Part shown: positions 1 to 8,463 of the stretch, piece after piece
Layout: every line of letters begins with the position of its first letter
How positions within the stretch are numbered: position 1 is the stretch's first letter
Source of the DNA: Elusimicrobia bacterium GWB2_63_16
GTDB lineage: Bacteria > Elusimicrobiota > Elusimicrobia > Elusimicrobiales > UBA9959
Length of the DNA: 64,000 nt
Assembly: GCA_001799715.1 (NCBI GenBank)
Contig: MGTZ01000009.1
Span: 17,082-81,081, forward strand
Direction: 5' to 3'
Program-made: the position numbers and the translations under genes
The notes under the pieces: generated by a model
What the model was told of the DNA's origin: nothing
Databases searched by the model: none
The model's input: only the letters and a program-made list of their open reading frames with translations

Positions 1-479
1 GTGCCGGACACGGCGGCCATGCCCAGGATCACCGCCAGGATCGGCCCTATGCACGGCGACCAGCCCAGCGCGAAAGCGAAGCCCATCAGGAAAGACCCCA
101 GCGGGCCCTGCGCCAGGCCGCGGGTGGAGAGCCGCCGCTCGTAATTCAGGAAATTCAGGTTCACCAGCCCCGTCATGTGCACGCCGAGCAGCACCATGAC
201 GACGCCGAACACCTTCATCAGCGCGTACTTGTGGTCGGCCAGCAGCTCGCCTATGCCCGAGGCGGCGGCCCCCATCAGCGCGAAAGCCAGCGTGAAGCCG
301 GCGATGAAGATGGCCGCGTTCAGCACCACCCTGCGCGTGGCTACCCGCGCGTCGCCCTTCAGGATCTCGCTGGCGGAGAAGCCGGACAGCATGGACAGGT
401 AGGCGGGCAGCAGCGGCAGGATGCAGGGCGAGAAGAAAGACGCCACACCGGCGCCGAAAGCGGTCAGGAATTCTCCCAT
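1..479 (-). CDS. ccdA: Cytochrome c biogenesis / thiol-disulfide transmembrane protein, CcdA/DsbD-core family (3' end runs off the window)
   Basis: The minus-strand frame opens at ATG 479-477, overlapping the upstream stop as TAATG. It reads MGEFLTAFGAGVASFFSPCILPLLPAYLSMLSGF..., which contains the CcdA-type SPCxLPLxP Cys motif followed by hydrophobic helices. The frame stays open to base 1, so it is absent from the ORF track. Confidence 0.75.
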   Translation of the reverse strand, partial: MGEFLTAFGAGVASFFSPCILPLLPAYLSMLSGFSASEILKGDARVATRRVVLNAAIFIAGFTLAFALMGAAASGIGELLADHKYALMKVFGVVMVLLGVHMTGLVNLNFLNYERRLSTRGLAQGPLGSFLMGFAFALGWSPCIGPILAVILGMAAVSG

Positions 480-928
480 TATTTCTTCCCTCCCGCCGGC
501 TTGGCGCCGGTCCCGAGTTCTATCTTGTGAATATCCATGCCGCCCCACGGGCCGAGCTGCACCCAGAAGAGGGCCGAGTATTTTTTGCCGGCCGCGTCCT
601 TGAAACCGGCCTTCACCGCGCGCGAGCCGTTATCGCCGCCGGCGGCCTTGCGGTCCACCGAGAGCAGCTCCAGCCGCAGTACTTTCCCGGTGGCCTTGTC
701 CTCTATCAGGAAGGCCCCCTTCAGCTGCACGTCCTTGCGTATATAGTCGGTCACGAAAGCGGCCAGGTCCTCGTCGCTCTCCTGCACCAGCGGCTGTTCC
801 TCCTCCTCGTCGCCGTTGCGGGCGGTATCGGTGGAGACCAGCGTTTCCGGCAGGCCTTCTTCCTCGAAGGCGGCCGCCGCGGGGCAGGCCAGGCAGGCGG
901 CTAAAATCGCGAGGGCGACGGTCTTCAT
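479..928 (-). CDS. Small exported protein of unknown function
   Basis: C-terminal part of track ORF 479..1564. The start MKTVALAILAACLACPAAAA (signal peptide) at 928 overlaps the kdsC stop as ATGA. An acidic linker precedes a small globular part. No family recognised. Confidence 0.55.
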   Translation of the reverse strand: MKTVALAILAACLACPAAAAFEEEGLPETLVSTDTARNGDEEEEQPLVQESDEDLAAFVTDYIRKDVQLKGAFLIEDKATGKVLRLELLSVDRKAAGGDNGSRAVKAGFKDAAGKKYSALFWVQLGPWGGMDIHKIELGTGAKPAGGKK

Positions 929-1533
929 TTTTTCCTCCCGCATTCGGACTGCCTCACTATTTTCATGGGGTCTTTTTTTATGGCGGGCCAGTGGGCCGTT
1001 TCCACGTAGCCCATCACGGTGTTCCAGTGCCCCTGGCTTTTGAGTATCAGGTCGCAAGCCTCCCGCACGGCGCCCATGCCGCCCTCTTTGCGGGTCACCA
1101 GCTGGGCGGCGGCCTTTACCTCGTCGAGGGCGTTGGCCGGGGCGCAGGCCAGCCCGGCCCGCTTCAGCACCGGGATGTCTGTCCAGTCGTCGCCCATATA
1201 GGCCACGTTCTCCGGCTTCAGACCGGTGTCGGCCAGGATGCGCTCCAGCGGGTCCACTTTGGAGAGGAAGCCCTGGTAGGCGTAGTTCATACCCAGGTCC
1301 TTCGCGCGCTCCTCGGTGCCGGGGGATTCGCGCCCGGTAATGACGCCGGTGGTGATGCCGAACTGGTTGAGCAGTCGCAGGCCTATGCCGTCGAGGGCGT
1401 GGAAGGCCTTGAACTCCACCATCTTCCCGTCCCGGCCGGGCAGGTAGTACATCTTGCCGTCGGTCAGGACGCCGTCCACGTCCATCAGGAAGAGCTTTAT
1501 TTTCTTGGCGCGCGCGGCTGCGTTCTTTGTCAT
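925..1533 (-). CDS. kdsC: 3-deoxy-D-manno-octulosonate 8-phosphate phosphatase (HAD superfamily)
   Basis: HAD motif I FLMDVDGVLTDG, a GDDWTDIP motif, and length and overall pattern typical of KdsC. The start is placed at MTKN (1533), which overlaps the epimerase stop as ATGA. An alternative ATG lies at 1548. Confidence 0.85.
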   Translation of the reverse strand: MTKNAAARAKKIKLFLMDVDGVLTDGKMYYLPGRDGKMVEFKAFHALDGIGLRLLNQFGITTGVITGRESPGTEERAKDLGMNYAYQGFLSKVDPLERILADTGLKPENVAYMGDDWTDIPVLKRAGLACAPANALDEVKAAAQLVTRKEGGMGAVREACDLILKSQGHWNTVMGYVETAHWPAIKKDPMKIVRQSECGRKK

Positions 1534-2522
1534 GTGCGTAATTTCCATTTGGCCGCCAGCTCAAGCTCCTGCTTGCGCGAGGCGTAATTTTTCGGGGCCG
1601 GCCCGGTGTAGCTGAACAGGTACCAGTTTATGCAGGTCTCCAGCCAGCCGGCCGCCGGAGTGGAGGTCCAGCCAAGGTCCCGCTCGGCTTTGGACACGTC
1701 CAGCACGAAATCCCCCCCCATCGTGAACGGGGAGGCCTCGAAGTTGAAGCCGTTCTCTTTGAGCCAGGCGTACTCCGGGTAGAGTATCTCGGCGTCGCGG
1801 TGCATGATCCTGGCCGACACCTTCACGAAATCTTCCAGCGTGAGCGCCTGCGAGTCGCCGAAATTGTAGGCCTGGCCGTAGGGCGAGTCGGCGTAGACCA
1901 GAGTTTCCAGGGCCCGGGCCAGGTCGCCGGAGAAGATGAAGCGGTTGCGGTGGGAGGCGCCAGGCAGGAACAGCGGGCCGCCGTCGGCCAGGCGCAGCCA
2001 GTACGAGTAGGCGCGCAGCGAGGGGTCGTTGGGGCCGATCACCACCGGCGGGCGTACTATGGCGGCCGGAAATTTATTTTCGGTAAAGGCCCCCAGGAAA
2101 ACCCGCTCCGCGGCGTATTTGCCCAGCCCGTAGGCGTATTTTTCCTTGAGCTGCCCCTTGAGCTGCAGCAGTTCCGTCTGGTTCTCGCGGAAGGGAGAGG
2201 TTGCGCCTTCCAGCAGCGGGTATACCGACGCGGAGGAGGTGAAGATATACAGGCCGGTCCTGCCGTTGAAGACGCGCACCGCTTTCTCGGCGTCCTCGGC
2301 CGTGTAGCAGATATTGTCTATGATGACGTCCCAGGGCTCCACGGACATGCGCGACAGGTCTATCTCGGCCGTCCGCTCTCCCCGGGCCTGGCGTATATCC
2401 AGCGGCAGGCCGTCCACCGGGACGCGCCTGGAGAAAACGGTGACCTCGTTGCCGGCCTTGTGCAGGCGTATGGCGGCTTCTTTGCCGAAGAAGCTGGTGC
2501 CGCCGAGTATCAGTATGCGCAT
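1530..2522 (-). CDS. NAD-dependent epimerase/dehydratase family protein
   Basis: N-terminal Rossmann motif MRILILGGTSFFGKEA in a 330-aa extended-SDR-like architecture. Confidence 0.8.
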   Translation of the reverse strand: MRILILGGTSFFGKEAAIRLHKAGNEVTVFSRRVPVDGLPLDIRQARGERTAEIDLSRMSVEPWDVIIDNICYTAEDAEKAVRVFNGRTGLYIFTSSASVYPLLEGATSPFRENQTELLQLKGQLKEKYAYGLGKYAAERVFLGAFTENKFPAAIVRPPVVIGPNDPSLRAYSYWLRLADGGPLFLPGASHRNRFIFSGDLARALETLVYADSPYGQAYNFGDSQALTLEDFVKVSARIMHRDAEILYPEYAWLKENGFNFEASPFTMGGDFVLDVSKAERDLGWTSTPAAGWLETCINWYLFSYTGPAPKNYASRKQELELAAKWKLRT

Positions 2523-2732
2523 AAGGTATTAATAGTATATAAATTTTTCGGCCGGGCTTCTGTTTCCGGGATGAACCGCCGGCAACTGCGGGGCCAGTGG
2601 GTTGTTCAGGGTTTTCTTTGCGCCGCGTTAACACAGGTTAACATTGTGCCCATGTGTGGTTTGGAATCTGCGCCATCGCTCCTTGTGTCTGGCCGGTATT
2701 GTAAAAAAGGTTAACATAAGTTAATATTCTGT

Positions 2733-3005
2733 ATGGCCCGGGAGTATTATTCATTGCCCGAAGTTGCCGCTTTGCTCGGCATCAGCCGCATCGCGGTGTT
2801 CAAGCGGGTTAAAAAGGGCCAGTTGCAGGCCCTGCGCATAGGCCGCAACTGGGCGGTCCCGGCTGCCGCCGTGCCCGTTCCTCCCCCCGCCGCCGCTTTT
2901 TCTTCCGTTTCCCCTGCCGCTCCCCCGGTTCCCGCAGTAAAGGACGGGGAGTCCACAGGCGCGGCCGCCGCCGACGCGGAGATGGATTCGATGGGCTGGG
3001 ATTAA
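2733..3005 (+). CDS. Helix-turn-helix DNA-binding protein (excisionase/MerR-like HTH) with Pro/Ala-rich tail
   Basis: The N-terminus YSLPEVAALLGISRIAVFKRVKKGQLQALRIGRNW matches the excisionase-type HTH pattern. The remainder is low complexity. Confidence 0.6.
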   Translation: MAREYYSLPEVAALLGISRIAVFKRVKKGQLQALRIGRNWAVPAAAVPVPPPAAAFSSVSPAAPPVPAVKDGESTGAAAADAEMDSMGWD

Positions 3006-3042
3006 GGTTGCCCGCAGGTGGGTATATAGATATAATCTTGCC

Positions 3043-3915
3043 ATGGCTAATTCTTTTTTTGAGGACTTGAAGGGTATTTTCGACGAGCTTGGCAAGCAGG
3101 ATCAGGGAGGAAAAATGGAAAAAGATTATATGGGTAAACTGTTGGTGCCGGTGATCCTTGTGGCGGCGGCCGTTATGGGCCTGTCCTCCTTCTTTATCGT
3201 TCCCCCCGGCGAGGTTGCCATCAAGACGCGCCTGGGGTCCATAGTCGATTCCTACAGCGAGGGCATGCATTTCAAGATGCCTTTCCTCGAGAGCGTTACC
3301 AAGTTCTCCATACAGATACAGCGCGCCGACATCAAGACGCAGGCCTTCTCCAAGGACCTGCAGACGATGAACTCCCACCTCGTCGTGAACCATCGCATAC
3401 AGAAGGAGACGGCGGTCAGTATTTACCGCAACCTCGGCCCCCGCTACGTCGAGAACATCGTGGACCCGGCGGTGCAGGAGGTCTTCAAGGCCATCGCCGC
3501 CCGTTATTCCGCCGAGAAGATCATCTCCGAGCGCAGCCTGCTCGTGGAGGAGATCAACACCGAAGTGAAGGAGCGGCTTAACAAGAAGGAGATCATCGTC
3601 ACCGATATTTCCGTCACCGATCTGGATTTCACCGACCAGTTCCTGAAGGCCGTGGAGGACAAGCAGGTGGCCGAGCAGCAGGCCAAGATGTCCGAAAAGC
3701 TCGTCGAGAAAGCCAAGCGCGACGCGGAGCAGCAGATCGCAAAATCCCGCGGCGAGGCCGAGGCCCTGCGCATGCAGCGCGAGCAGGTTACCCCCGCCCT
3801 CATCGAGCTGCGCAAGGTGGACGCCCAGCTTAAGGCCATCGAGAAGTGGAACGGCGTCCTGCCGGGCTACGTCGGAGGCGGAGTGCCTTTTGTCTCGCTC
3901 GACGCCAAACGTTGA
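3043..3915 (+). CDS. SPFH/Band-7 (prohibitin-like) membrane protein
   Basis: One N-terminal TM helix is followed by the SPFH core (PPGEVAIKTRLG..., HFKMPF...) and a long Glu/Lys/Ala coiled-coil tail. Confidence 0.85.
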   Translation: MANSFFEDLKGIFDELGKQDQGGKMEKDYMGKLLVPVILVAAAVMGLSSFFIVPPGEVAIKTRLGSIVDSYSEGMHFKMPFLESVTKFSIQIQRADIKTQAFSKDLQTMNSHLVVNHRIQKETAVSIYRNLGPRYVENIVDPAVQEVFKAIAARYSAEKIISERSLLVEEINTEVKERLNKKEIIVTDISVTDLDFTDQFLKAVEDKQVAEQQAKMSEKLVEKAKRDAEQQIAKSRGEAEALRMQREQVTPALIELRKVDAQLKAIEKWNGVLPGYVGGGVPFVSLDAKR

Positions 3916-3980
3916 CGGGGCAAGTGTTAAAAGGCCCCCGGCGCAATAGGGCGTAAAGCGCCCGCGCGCCGGGACCAAAG

Positions 3981-4006
3981 TCCCCCGCCCGGCGGGGGAT
4001 TTTTGT
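3981..4006 (+). terminator. Rho-independent terminator after the SPFH gene
   Basis: GC hairpin TCCCCCGCC-CGG-GCGGGGGA followed by TTTTTGTT. Confidence 0.6.
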
Positions 4007-4032
4007 TAAAATAGTTTTATCCTGGGAGGGAC

Positions 4033-4302
4033 ATGATGAAAAAATTGTTTATCGCTTTTTTGCTGATGTTCTTGGCGCTGGCTTACGGCACCGTTAGCGG
4101 CGCCGGCCTGCTCTGCGGCAGCGCCTACGCCGCCGACACCATGCCCGACGGCAACGACGATCCCGACGGCGGCGACTCCGACGACAGCGGCAACGGAGGC
4201 CCCGACGACAGCAGCGACGACGGCGGCTGCGGCGGCGGCGGTTCTGACGACAGCGGCGGCGGCTCGGACCCGGACGGTTCCGGAGGCGGCACTGATTTCT
4301 AA
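4033..4302 (+). CDS. Small secreted Asp/Gly/Ser-rich acidic protein
   Basis: Signal peptide MMKKLFIAFLLMFLALAYG, then about 55 residues composed almost only of D, G, S, P and N. A strong terminator follows. Confidence 0.55.
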   Translation: MMKKLFIAFLLMFLALAYGTVSGAGLLCGSAYAADTMPDGNDDPDGGDSDDSGNGGPDDSSDDGGCGGGGSDDSGGGSDPDGSGGGTDF

Positions 4303-4318
4303 GCCGCACCAGCGCGCT

Positions 4319-4352
4319 GAAGGGGCCCGGTTTCCGGGCCTCTTCTTTTTTT
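4319..4352 (+). terminator. Rho-independent terminator
   Basis: 12-bp stem GAAGGGGCCCGG / CCGGGCCTCTTC (one G-T wobble) with a TTT loop, followed by T7. Confidence 0.8.
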
Positions 4353-4513
4353 GCCGTGTTCCCCCTCACATCCCCCAGTCTTTCTTTCGGGCCTGAATTT
4401 TTCCCGTCCGCGGTTGCGTCCGCATGGCGGTAAAGGGGTCTGGGAGGTCTAAGGCTGGTTTTTTGGCCTCCTGCCTGCCTCTACCCTTTTATTTTTATAA
4501 AAACGCGCCAGCG

Positions 4514-4542
4514 TTGACTTGTGGCGTTTTTTGAATTATAAT
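4514..4542 (+). promoter_or_regulatory. Sigma-70-type promoter for the DUF2089 operon
   Basis: TTGACT (4514-4519), a 17-nt spacer and TATAAT (4537-4542) in an AT-rich stretch about 45 nt upstream of the ATG at 4589. Confidence 0.65.
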
Positions 4543-4588
4543 TTATAATTAGTCGAACATTGATAAAGTCAATAAACAGGTTAATAAA

Positions 4589-4957
4589 ATGAAAATGCCG
4601 ATAAAATGCCCTTCTTGCGACGGGCGCCTGATGATTACCGAAGTTTGCTGCTCGGATTGTAAAACCATTGTGCGCGGAGGGTTCGACCTTTCGGAATTTT
4701 CAGCCCTGCCAAGGGACGAGGAAAATTTTCTGCGAGTTTTTCTGACAGCGCGCGGCAGCGTGAAGGAAGTAGGCCGTCAGCTCGGAATTTCCTATCCTAC
4801 CGTAAAGGCCAGGCTGGAAGCCTTGCTGAACGCTCTGGGAATGGGTTCTATGCGCGCAGCCGCCAGGCGGCGCCGGCTGGAAATTCTGGAGCGCCTGGAG
4901 CGCGGCGAGATCAAGGCCGGGGAGGCCGTCGGCCAGCTGCGCCGGCTCGAGGAATAG
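4589..4957 (+). CDS. DUF2089-type protein (zinc-ribbon plus HTH)
   Basis: CPSC...CSDC zinc ribbon followed by FLRVFLTARGSVKEVGRQLGISYPTVKARLE, the pattern I associate with DUF2089. Alternative start MPIK at 4595. Confidence 0.65.
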   Translation: MKMPIKCPSCDGRLMITEVCCSDCKTIVRGGFDLSEFSALPRDEENFLRVFLTARGSVKEVGRQLGISYPTVKARLEALLNALGMGSMRAAARRRRLEILERLERGEIKAGEAVGQLRRLEE

Positions 4958-4964
4958 GGGGGGT

Positions 4965-5321
4965 ATGGAATCGGATAAACTGAAGACGCTTGAATTGCTG
5001 GAAAACAGGTTGATCTCCGCCGCGGAGGCGCTGGAGTTCCTGGAGGTCATTGATGCGGCGCCAGGCGCGGCCGGCGGCGTCAGTCTTCGCGTGCGTGTTT
5101 ATGCCCGGGGTCAAGCCGAGCCCAGGGCTAATATTAAGGTGCCTCTGGCTTGGGCCAAGTTCCTGGCCCCGTTCATAGAGGGGAAGATAGCCGGGGACCT
5201 GGCGTCCAGGGGGTATGTTCTTGATACCGGCAAGATACACGATGCCGTGCAGGCGGCCAGGCCGGCTGGCCTGGTGGATGTGCGGAATGGCGGGGACAGG
5301 GTGGAAATATTCATAGAGTAG
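4965..5321 (+). CDS. Hypothetical protein co-transcribed with the DUF2089 gene (SHOCT-like N-terminus)
   Basis: ORF of 118 aa starting 8 nt after the upstream stop. The N-terminal LELLENRLISAAEALEFLE resembles SHOCT-like helices. Family call is tentative. Confidence 0.5.
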   Translation: MESDKLKTLELLENRLISAAEALEFLEVIDAAPGAAGGVSLRVRVYARGQAEPRANIKVPLAWAKFLAPFIEGKIAGDLASRGYVLDTGKIHDAVQAARPAGLVDVRNGGDRVEIFIE

Positions 5322-5330
5322 CTCCTGCGG

Positions 5331-5347
5331 TGTTTCACGTGAAAACA
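5331..5347. promoter_or_regulatory. parS-like centromere site 1
   Basis: TGTTTCACGTGAAAACA: the canonical parS core TTTCACGTGAAA with one extra A in the right arm. Confidence 0.7.
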
Positions 5348-5425
5348 ATGCCCCGCTAAAAACACCATGAAGCAGGCTTCGGCCCCCAAAGTGAATGCTT
5401 TGGGGGTCTTTCCATATATTTGCTA

Positions 5426-5442
5426 TGTTTCACGTGAAAACA
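5426..5442. promoter_or_regulatory. parS-like centromere site 2
   Basis: TGTTTCACGTGAAAACA, identical to site 1. Confidence 0.7.
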
Positions 5443-5520
5443 TTTAGTGCGCCCTCTATTCCTCGGGCACGAGTGGGGGGCGGGTTGCAGAGGGGATGTC
5501 TTGCCAGGGTTATCGCCCTG

Positions 5521-5537
5521 TGTTTTCACGTGAAACG
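5521..5537. promoter_or_regulatory. parS-like centromere site 3 (opposite orientation)
   Basis: TGTTTTCACGTGAAACG, the reverse complement of the site 1/2 pattern apart from the terminal base. Confidence 0.7.
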
Positions 5538-5605
5538 TAGCGGGGGGAATTGACAGGGCACTGGCAAAACTATAGAATAAAGAAGCCCCAATATATAAGG
5601 GTGGC

Positions 5606-5623
5606 TGTTTTCACGTGAAAATA
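5606..5623. promoter_or_regulatory. parS-like centromere site 4
   Basis: TGTTTTCACGTGAAAATA, with both arms extended by one base. It lies 22 nt upstream of the parA ATG. Confidence 0.65.
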
Positions 5624-5644
5624 GTGTAACGTTAAGGGAGCATT

Positions 5645-6481
5645 ATGGCTGAAATAGTAGCTGTAGCTAACCAGAAGGGCGGTGTAGGCAAGACTACCAC
5701 GGCTATCAACCTGGCTGTGGCCCTTGCCGCTTTCGACTATGAGACGCTCTTGATAGACTTCGACCCCCAGAGCAACTCCACTTCGGGCCTTGGGGTGGAC
5801 ATTACCAAGAACAACAAGAATATTTACGACGTGCTCTGCAGCCGCGCCCCGGTGGAGTCGGCTATACACCAGACCTCGGTGGAGTGGCTGGATATTATCC
5901 CTACCAGCCACAACCTGGCCGGCGCCGAGATAGAGCTGGTGAGCGAATTTTCCCGCGAATCCGTGTTGAAGCGCTCCCTCGATAAAATAAGGGGGATGTA
6001 CAAATTCATTATCATAGACTGCCCGCCGTCGCTGGGACTGCTGACCGTGAACGCCCTGAACGCCTCCGACTCCGTTATTACCCCGGTGCAGTGCGAGTAT
6101 TACGCTATGGAAGGCCTGGCCTATTTCATGAATACCGTGGACAAGATACGCCAGGCCATAAACCCCGGCCTCAAGGTGGACGGGGGGGTTATAACCATGT
6201 ACGACTCCCGCATCAATCTGGCCAACCAGGTCAGGGAGGAAATAGGCAAGTATTACGGGGACAAACTCTATAAGACCGTTATCCCCCGCAATGTGCGCCT
6301 GGCCGAGGCCCCCAGTTACGGCCAGTCCATCTTCGTCTACGATCCCAGCTCTCGCGGCGCCCTGGCCTATAAAGAGCTTACGATCGAGTTCCTCGCCCGG
6401 CGCGGGGTGGACGTCTCAAGCTATAAGAAGTCCGACCTCTATGTCAACGAGGAAGAGCTGGAATACGACCTCGGCGGCTGA
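5645..6481 (+). CDS. parA: Chromosome partitioning ATPase ParA/Soj
   Basis: Deviant Walker A NQKGGVGKTTTAINLA, DFDPQ and IIDCPPSLG motifs, directly upstream of parB. Confidence 0.9.
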   Translation: MAEIVAVANQKGGVGKTTTAINLAVALAAFDYETLLIDFDPQSNSTSGLGVDITKNNKNIYDVLCSRAPVESAIHQTSVEWLDIIPTSHNLAGAEIELVSEFSRESVLKRSLDKIRGMYKFIIIDCPPSLGLLTVNALNASDSVITPVQCEYYAMEGLAYFMNTVDKIRQAINPGLKVDGGVITMYDSRINLANQVREEIGKYYGDKLYKTVIPRNVRLAEAPSYGQSIFVYDPSSRGALAYKELTIEFLARRGVDVSSYKKSDLYVNEEELEYDLGG

Positions 6482-6507
6482 GGGCCCCTATATATAAGGA
6501 GAACATT

Positions 6508-7377
6508 ATGAGGAAAGCTTTAGGAAGGGGCATAGACTCCCTGATAACCAAGGTTCAGAATAACGATATTTCCGGGGACATGGTGCAGAAGATCCCGCTG
6601 GGCCGCATAAGGGCCAACCGGTACCAGCCCAGGCGCATTTTCGACGACGCTGCCCTGGCCGAGCTGGCCGAGTCCATTAAGGAACGGGGCCTGCTGCAGC
6701 CTATCTCGGTATGGAAGGATCACGGCGACGACCATTACGAGCTGATAGCCGGCGAGCGGCGCCTGCGCGCCTCCAAGCTGGCCGGCCTGGCCGAGATAGA
6801 CGCCATAGTCAAGCGTGACCTCGACGACGAGCAGAAGCTGGGCCTGTCCCTGATAGAGAATATACAGCGCGAGGACCTCAACGCCGTGGACACCGCCATG
6901 GCCTATCGGCAGCTTATGGACGCTTTCGGCGTTTCCCAGGCGGACCTGGCCAAGCGCGTGGGCAAGTCCCGCGCGGCCGTTTCCAACACGCTGCGCCTGC
7001 TGGAGCTGGACACCGACATCCGCCAGGGCATACAGTCCGGAGCCATCAGCGAGGGGCATGCCCGCGCGCTGATCTCCATCCCCGATTCCTCCAAGCGCCG
7101 GGAGTTCTACCAGCGTATCATGGCCGAGAAGCTGAGCGTGCGCGACGTGGAGAGTTTCGCCCAGGGCTTCCACGCCCAGAAGCCGCGGGCCCAGCGGACC
7201 CCCCGCGCCGGCTCGCGCCGCACGCCGGAGGCGGTGGAGCTGGAATCCACTCTTGAAAAGACGCTGGGCACCAAGGTGGAGGTCTGCCCCGGCCCCGGCC
7301 CGCAGAACGGCAGGATCGTGATACATTATTTTTCCCTGGACGATCTCGACAGGGTGACACAGATTATAAAAAAGTAA
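6508..7377 (+). CDS. parB: Chromosome partitioning protein ParB/Spo0J
   Basis: ParB box motifs (QPRR, LIAGERRLRASKLAG), an HTH (QADLAKRVGKSRAAVSNTLRLL) and a position after parA. Confidence 0.9.
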   Translation: MRKALGRGIDSLITKVQNNDISGDMVQKIPLGRIRANRYQPRRIFDDAALAELAESIKERGLLQPISVWKDHGDDHYELIAGERRLRASKLAGLAEIDAIVKRDLDDEQKLGLSLIENIQREDLNAVDTAMAYRQLMDAFGVSQADLAKRVGKSRAAVSNTLRLLELDTDIRQGIQSGAISEGHARALISIPDSSKRREFYQRIMAEKLSVRDVESFAQGFHAQKPRAQRTPRAGSRRTPEAVELESTLEKTLGTKVEVCPGPGPQNGRIVIHYFSLDDLDRVTQIIKK

Positions 7378-7395
7378 CACAGAGGGGGAGTGAAG

Positions 7396-8460
7396 ATGCG
7401 CAATTTACTGGCTGCGGCCCTGCTGGCTTACTGCTGCGGCGCCGCCGGCGCCCAGCAGGCCGACGCGGGCAAGGCGCCGGCCTTTTCGGCCGCCGCCGCG
7501 GCCTTCGTGCCGGCTTACGTGGCGCCCGAGAAGAATCTGGGCAGGTACTACCTTTACGCCGACGGCGGCTTCCACGCCGACTGGTACGTCGGGTACAACA
7601 ACTGCTGGATAGTGAAACTGCCGCCGTCCGCTACCGGCGGCTACGCGCGCGCCTTCGTCGGGGCCAAACTGGGGCGGGCCAAGATAAAATCCTGGCCGGG
7701 CTCCTGGGATACGGAGCCTATTCCGGGCAAGATCTACATGGCGCTCAACCAGGCGCCCACCTTCAACTCCGACCACACCTATTTCCTGGCCGAGGCGGCC
7801 GATCTGCCTCGCGAGCCCCTGCCCAACGACTCGCTCGACGGGGTGGACTCGGCGCGCTGGATCTGGGCCGAGGTGCCGCTGTCCCGCATTTCAGCCGAGA
7901 AGGATAATTACCTGGCGCTGTGGTCGTCCTCGCGCTTCTTCACCTCCGCTTCCAGCGCGCCCATCATAGCGGCCGCGATGGGCGCCCCGGGCGAAGAGAA
8001 CGTCTGGCTGAACCGCTCCATACGCGGCAATTCCCCTACGGGCGCGGGCGTGCTGGAAACGCCCATCTCCGGCATCAAGCCGGCCATGGCCATAAAGCTG
8101 GTGCCGCTCAACGAGTACAAAGTTTTCATAAAGGGCTTCGCGGCCGAACTCAGCGCCGGGGAGATAGAAGTTTCCTTCACCGCCATAGGAGAGGACGTGC
8201 GTGCCGCCTGGCTGGAAGTCTCCTACGATAAGTTCGACTGGCAGCGGGTGACGCGGTACTTCTACCGGGCACCGTATTTCTGGACTTTCGGCCGAGACGC
8301 CATTTCGAGGGACATGTTCTACCTGCGGGCGGCCGCCGTGGACAACCTCGAGAATATCGGTTACTCCAAGGAGATAACCGTGCCGGCCATACCGGCCGCC
8401 CCTGCGGCCCCGGCCTCCGAAGGGGAGGAAGGCGGGCAGGCGCCGGAGCCCGGAGAGTAA
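7396..8460 (+). CDS. Exported hypothetical protein
   Basis: Signal peptide MRNLLAAALLAYCCGAAGAQQ. GGGGGAG lies 5-6 nt before the ATG at 7396 (the track start at 7390 is a GTG). No family recognised. Confidence 0.6.
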   Translation: MRNLLAAALLAYCCGAAGAQQADAGKAPAFSAAAAAFVPAYVAPEKNLGRYYLYADGGFHADWYVGYNNCWIVKLPPSATGGYARAFVGAKLGRAKIKSWPGSWDTEPIPGKIYMALNQAPTFNSDHTYFLAEAADLPREPLPNDSLDGVDSARWIWAEVPLSRISAEKDNYLALWSSSRFFTSASSAPIIAAAMGAPGEENVWLNRSIRGNSPTGAGVLETPISGIKPAMAIKLVPLNEYKVFIKGFAAELSAGEIEVSFTAIGEDVRAAWLEVSYDKFDWQRVTRYFYRAPYFWTFGRDAISRDMFYLRAAAVDNLENIGYSKEITVPAIPAAPAAPASEGEEGGQAPEPGE

Positions 8461-8463
8461 GGC

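Noticed and set aside
4303-5644. Possible oriC next to the parS cluster and parAB.
   Set aside because: I saw no DnaA-box (TTATCCACA-like) clusters or an AT-rich unwinding repeat array, and neither dnaA, dnaN nor rsmG is nearby. The AT-rich patches are explained by a promoter and the parS sites. I cannot compute GC skew here.
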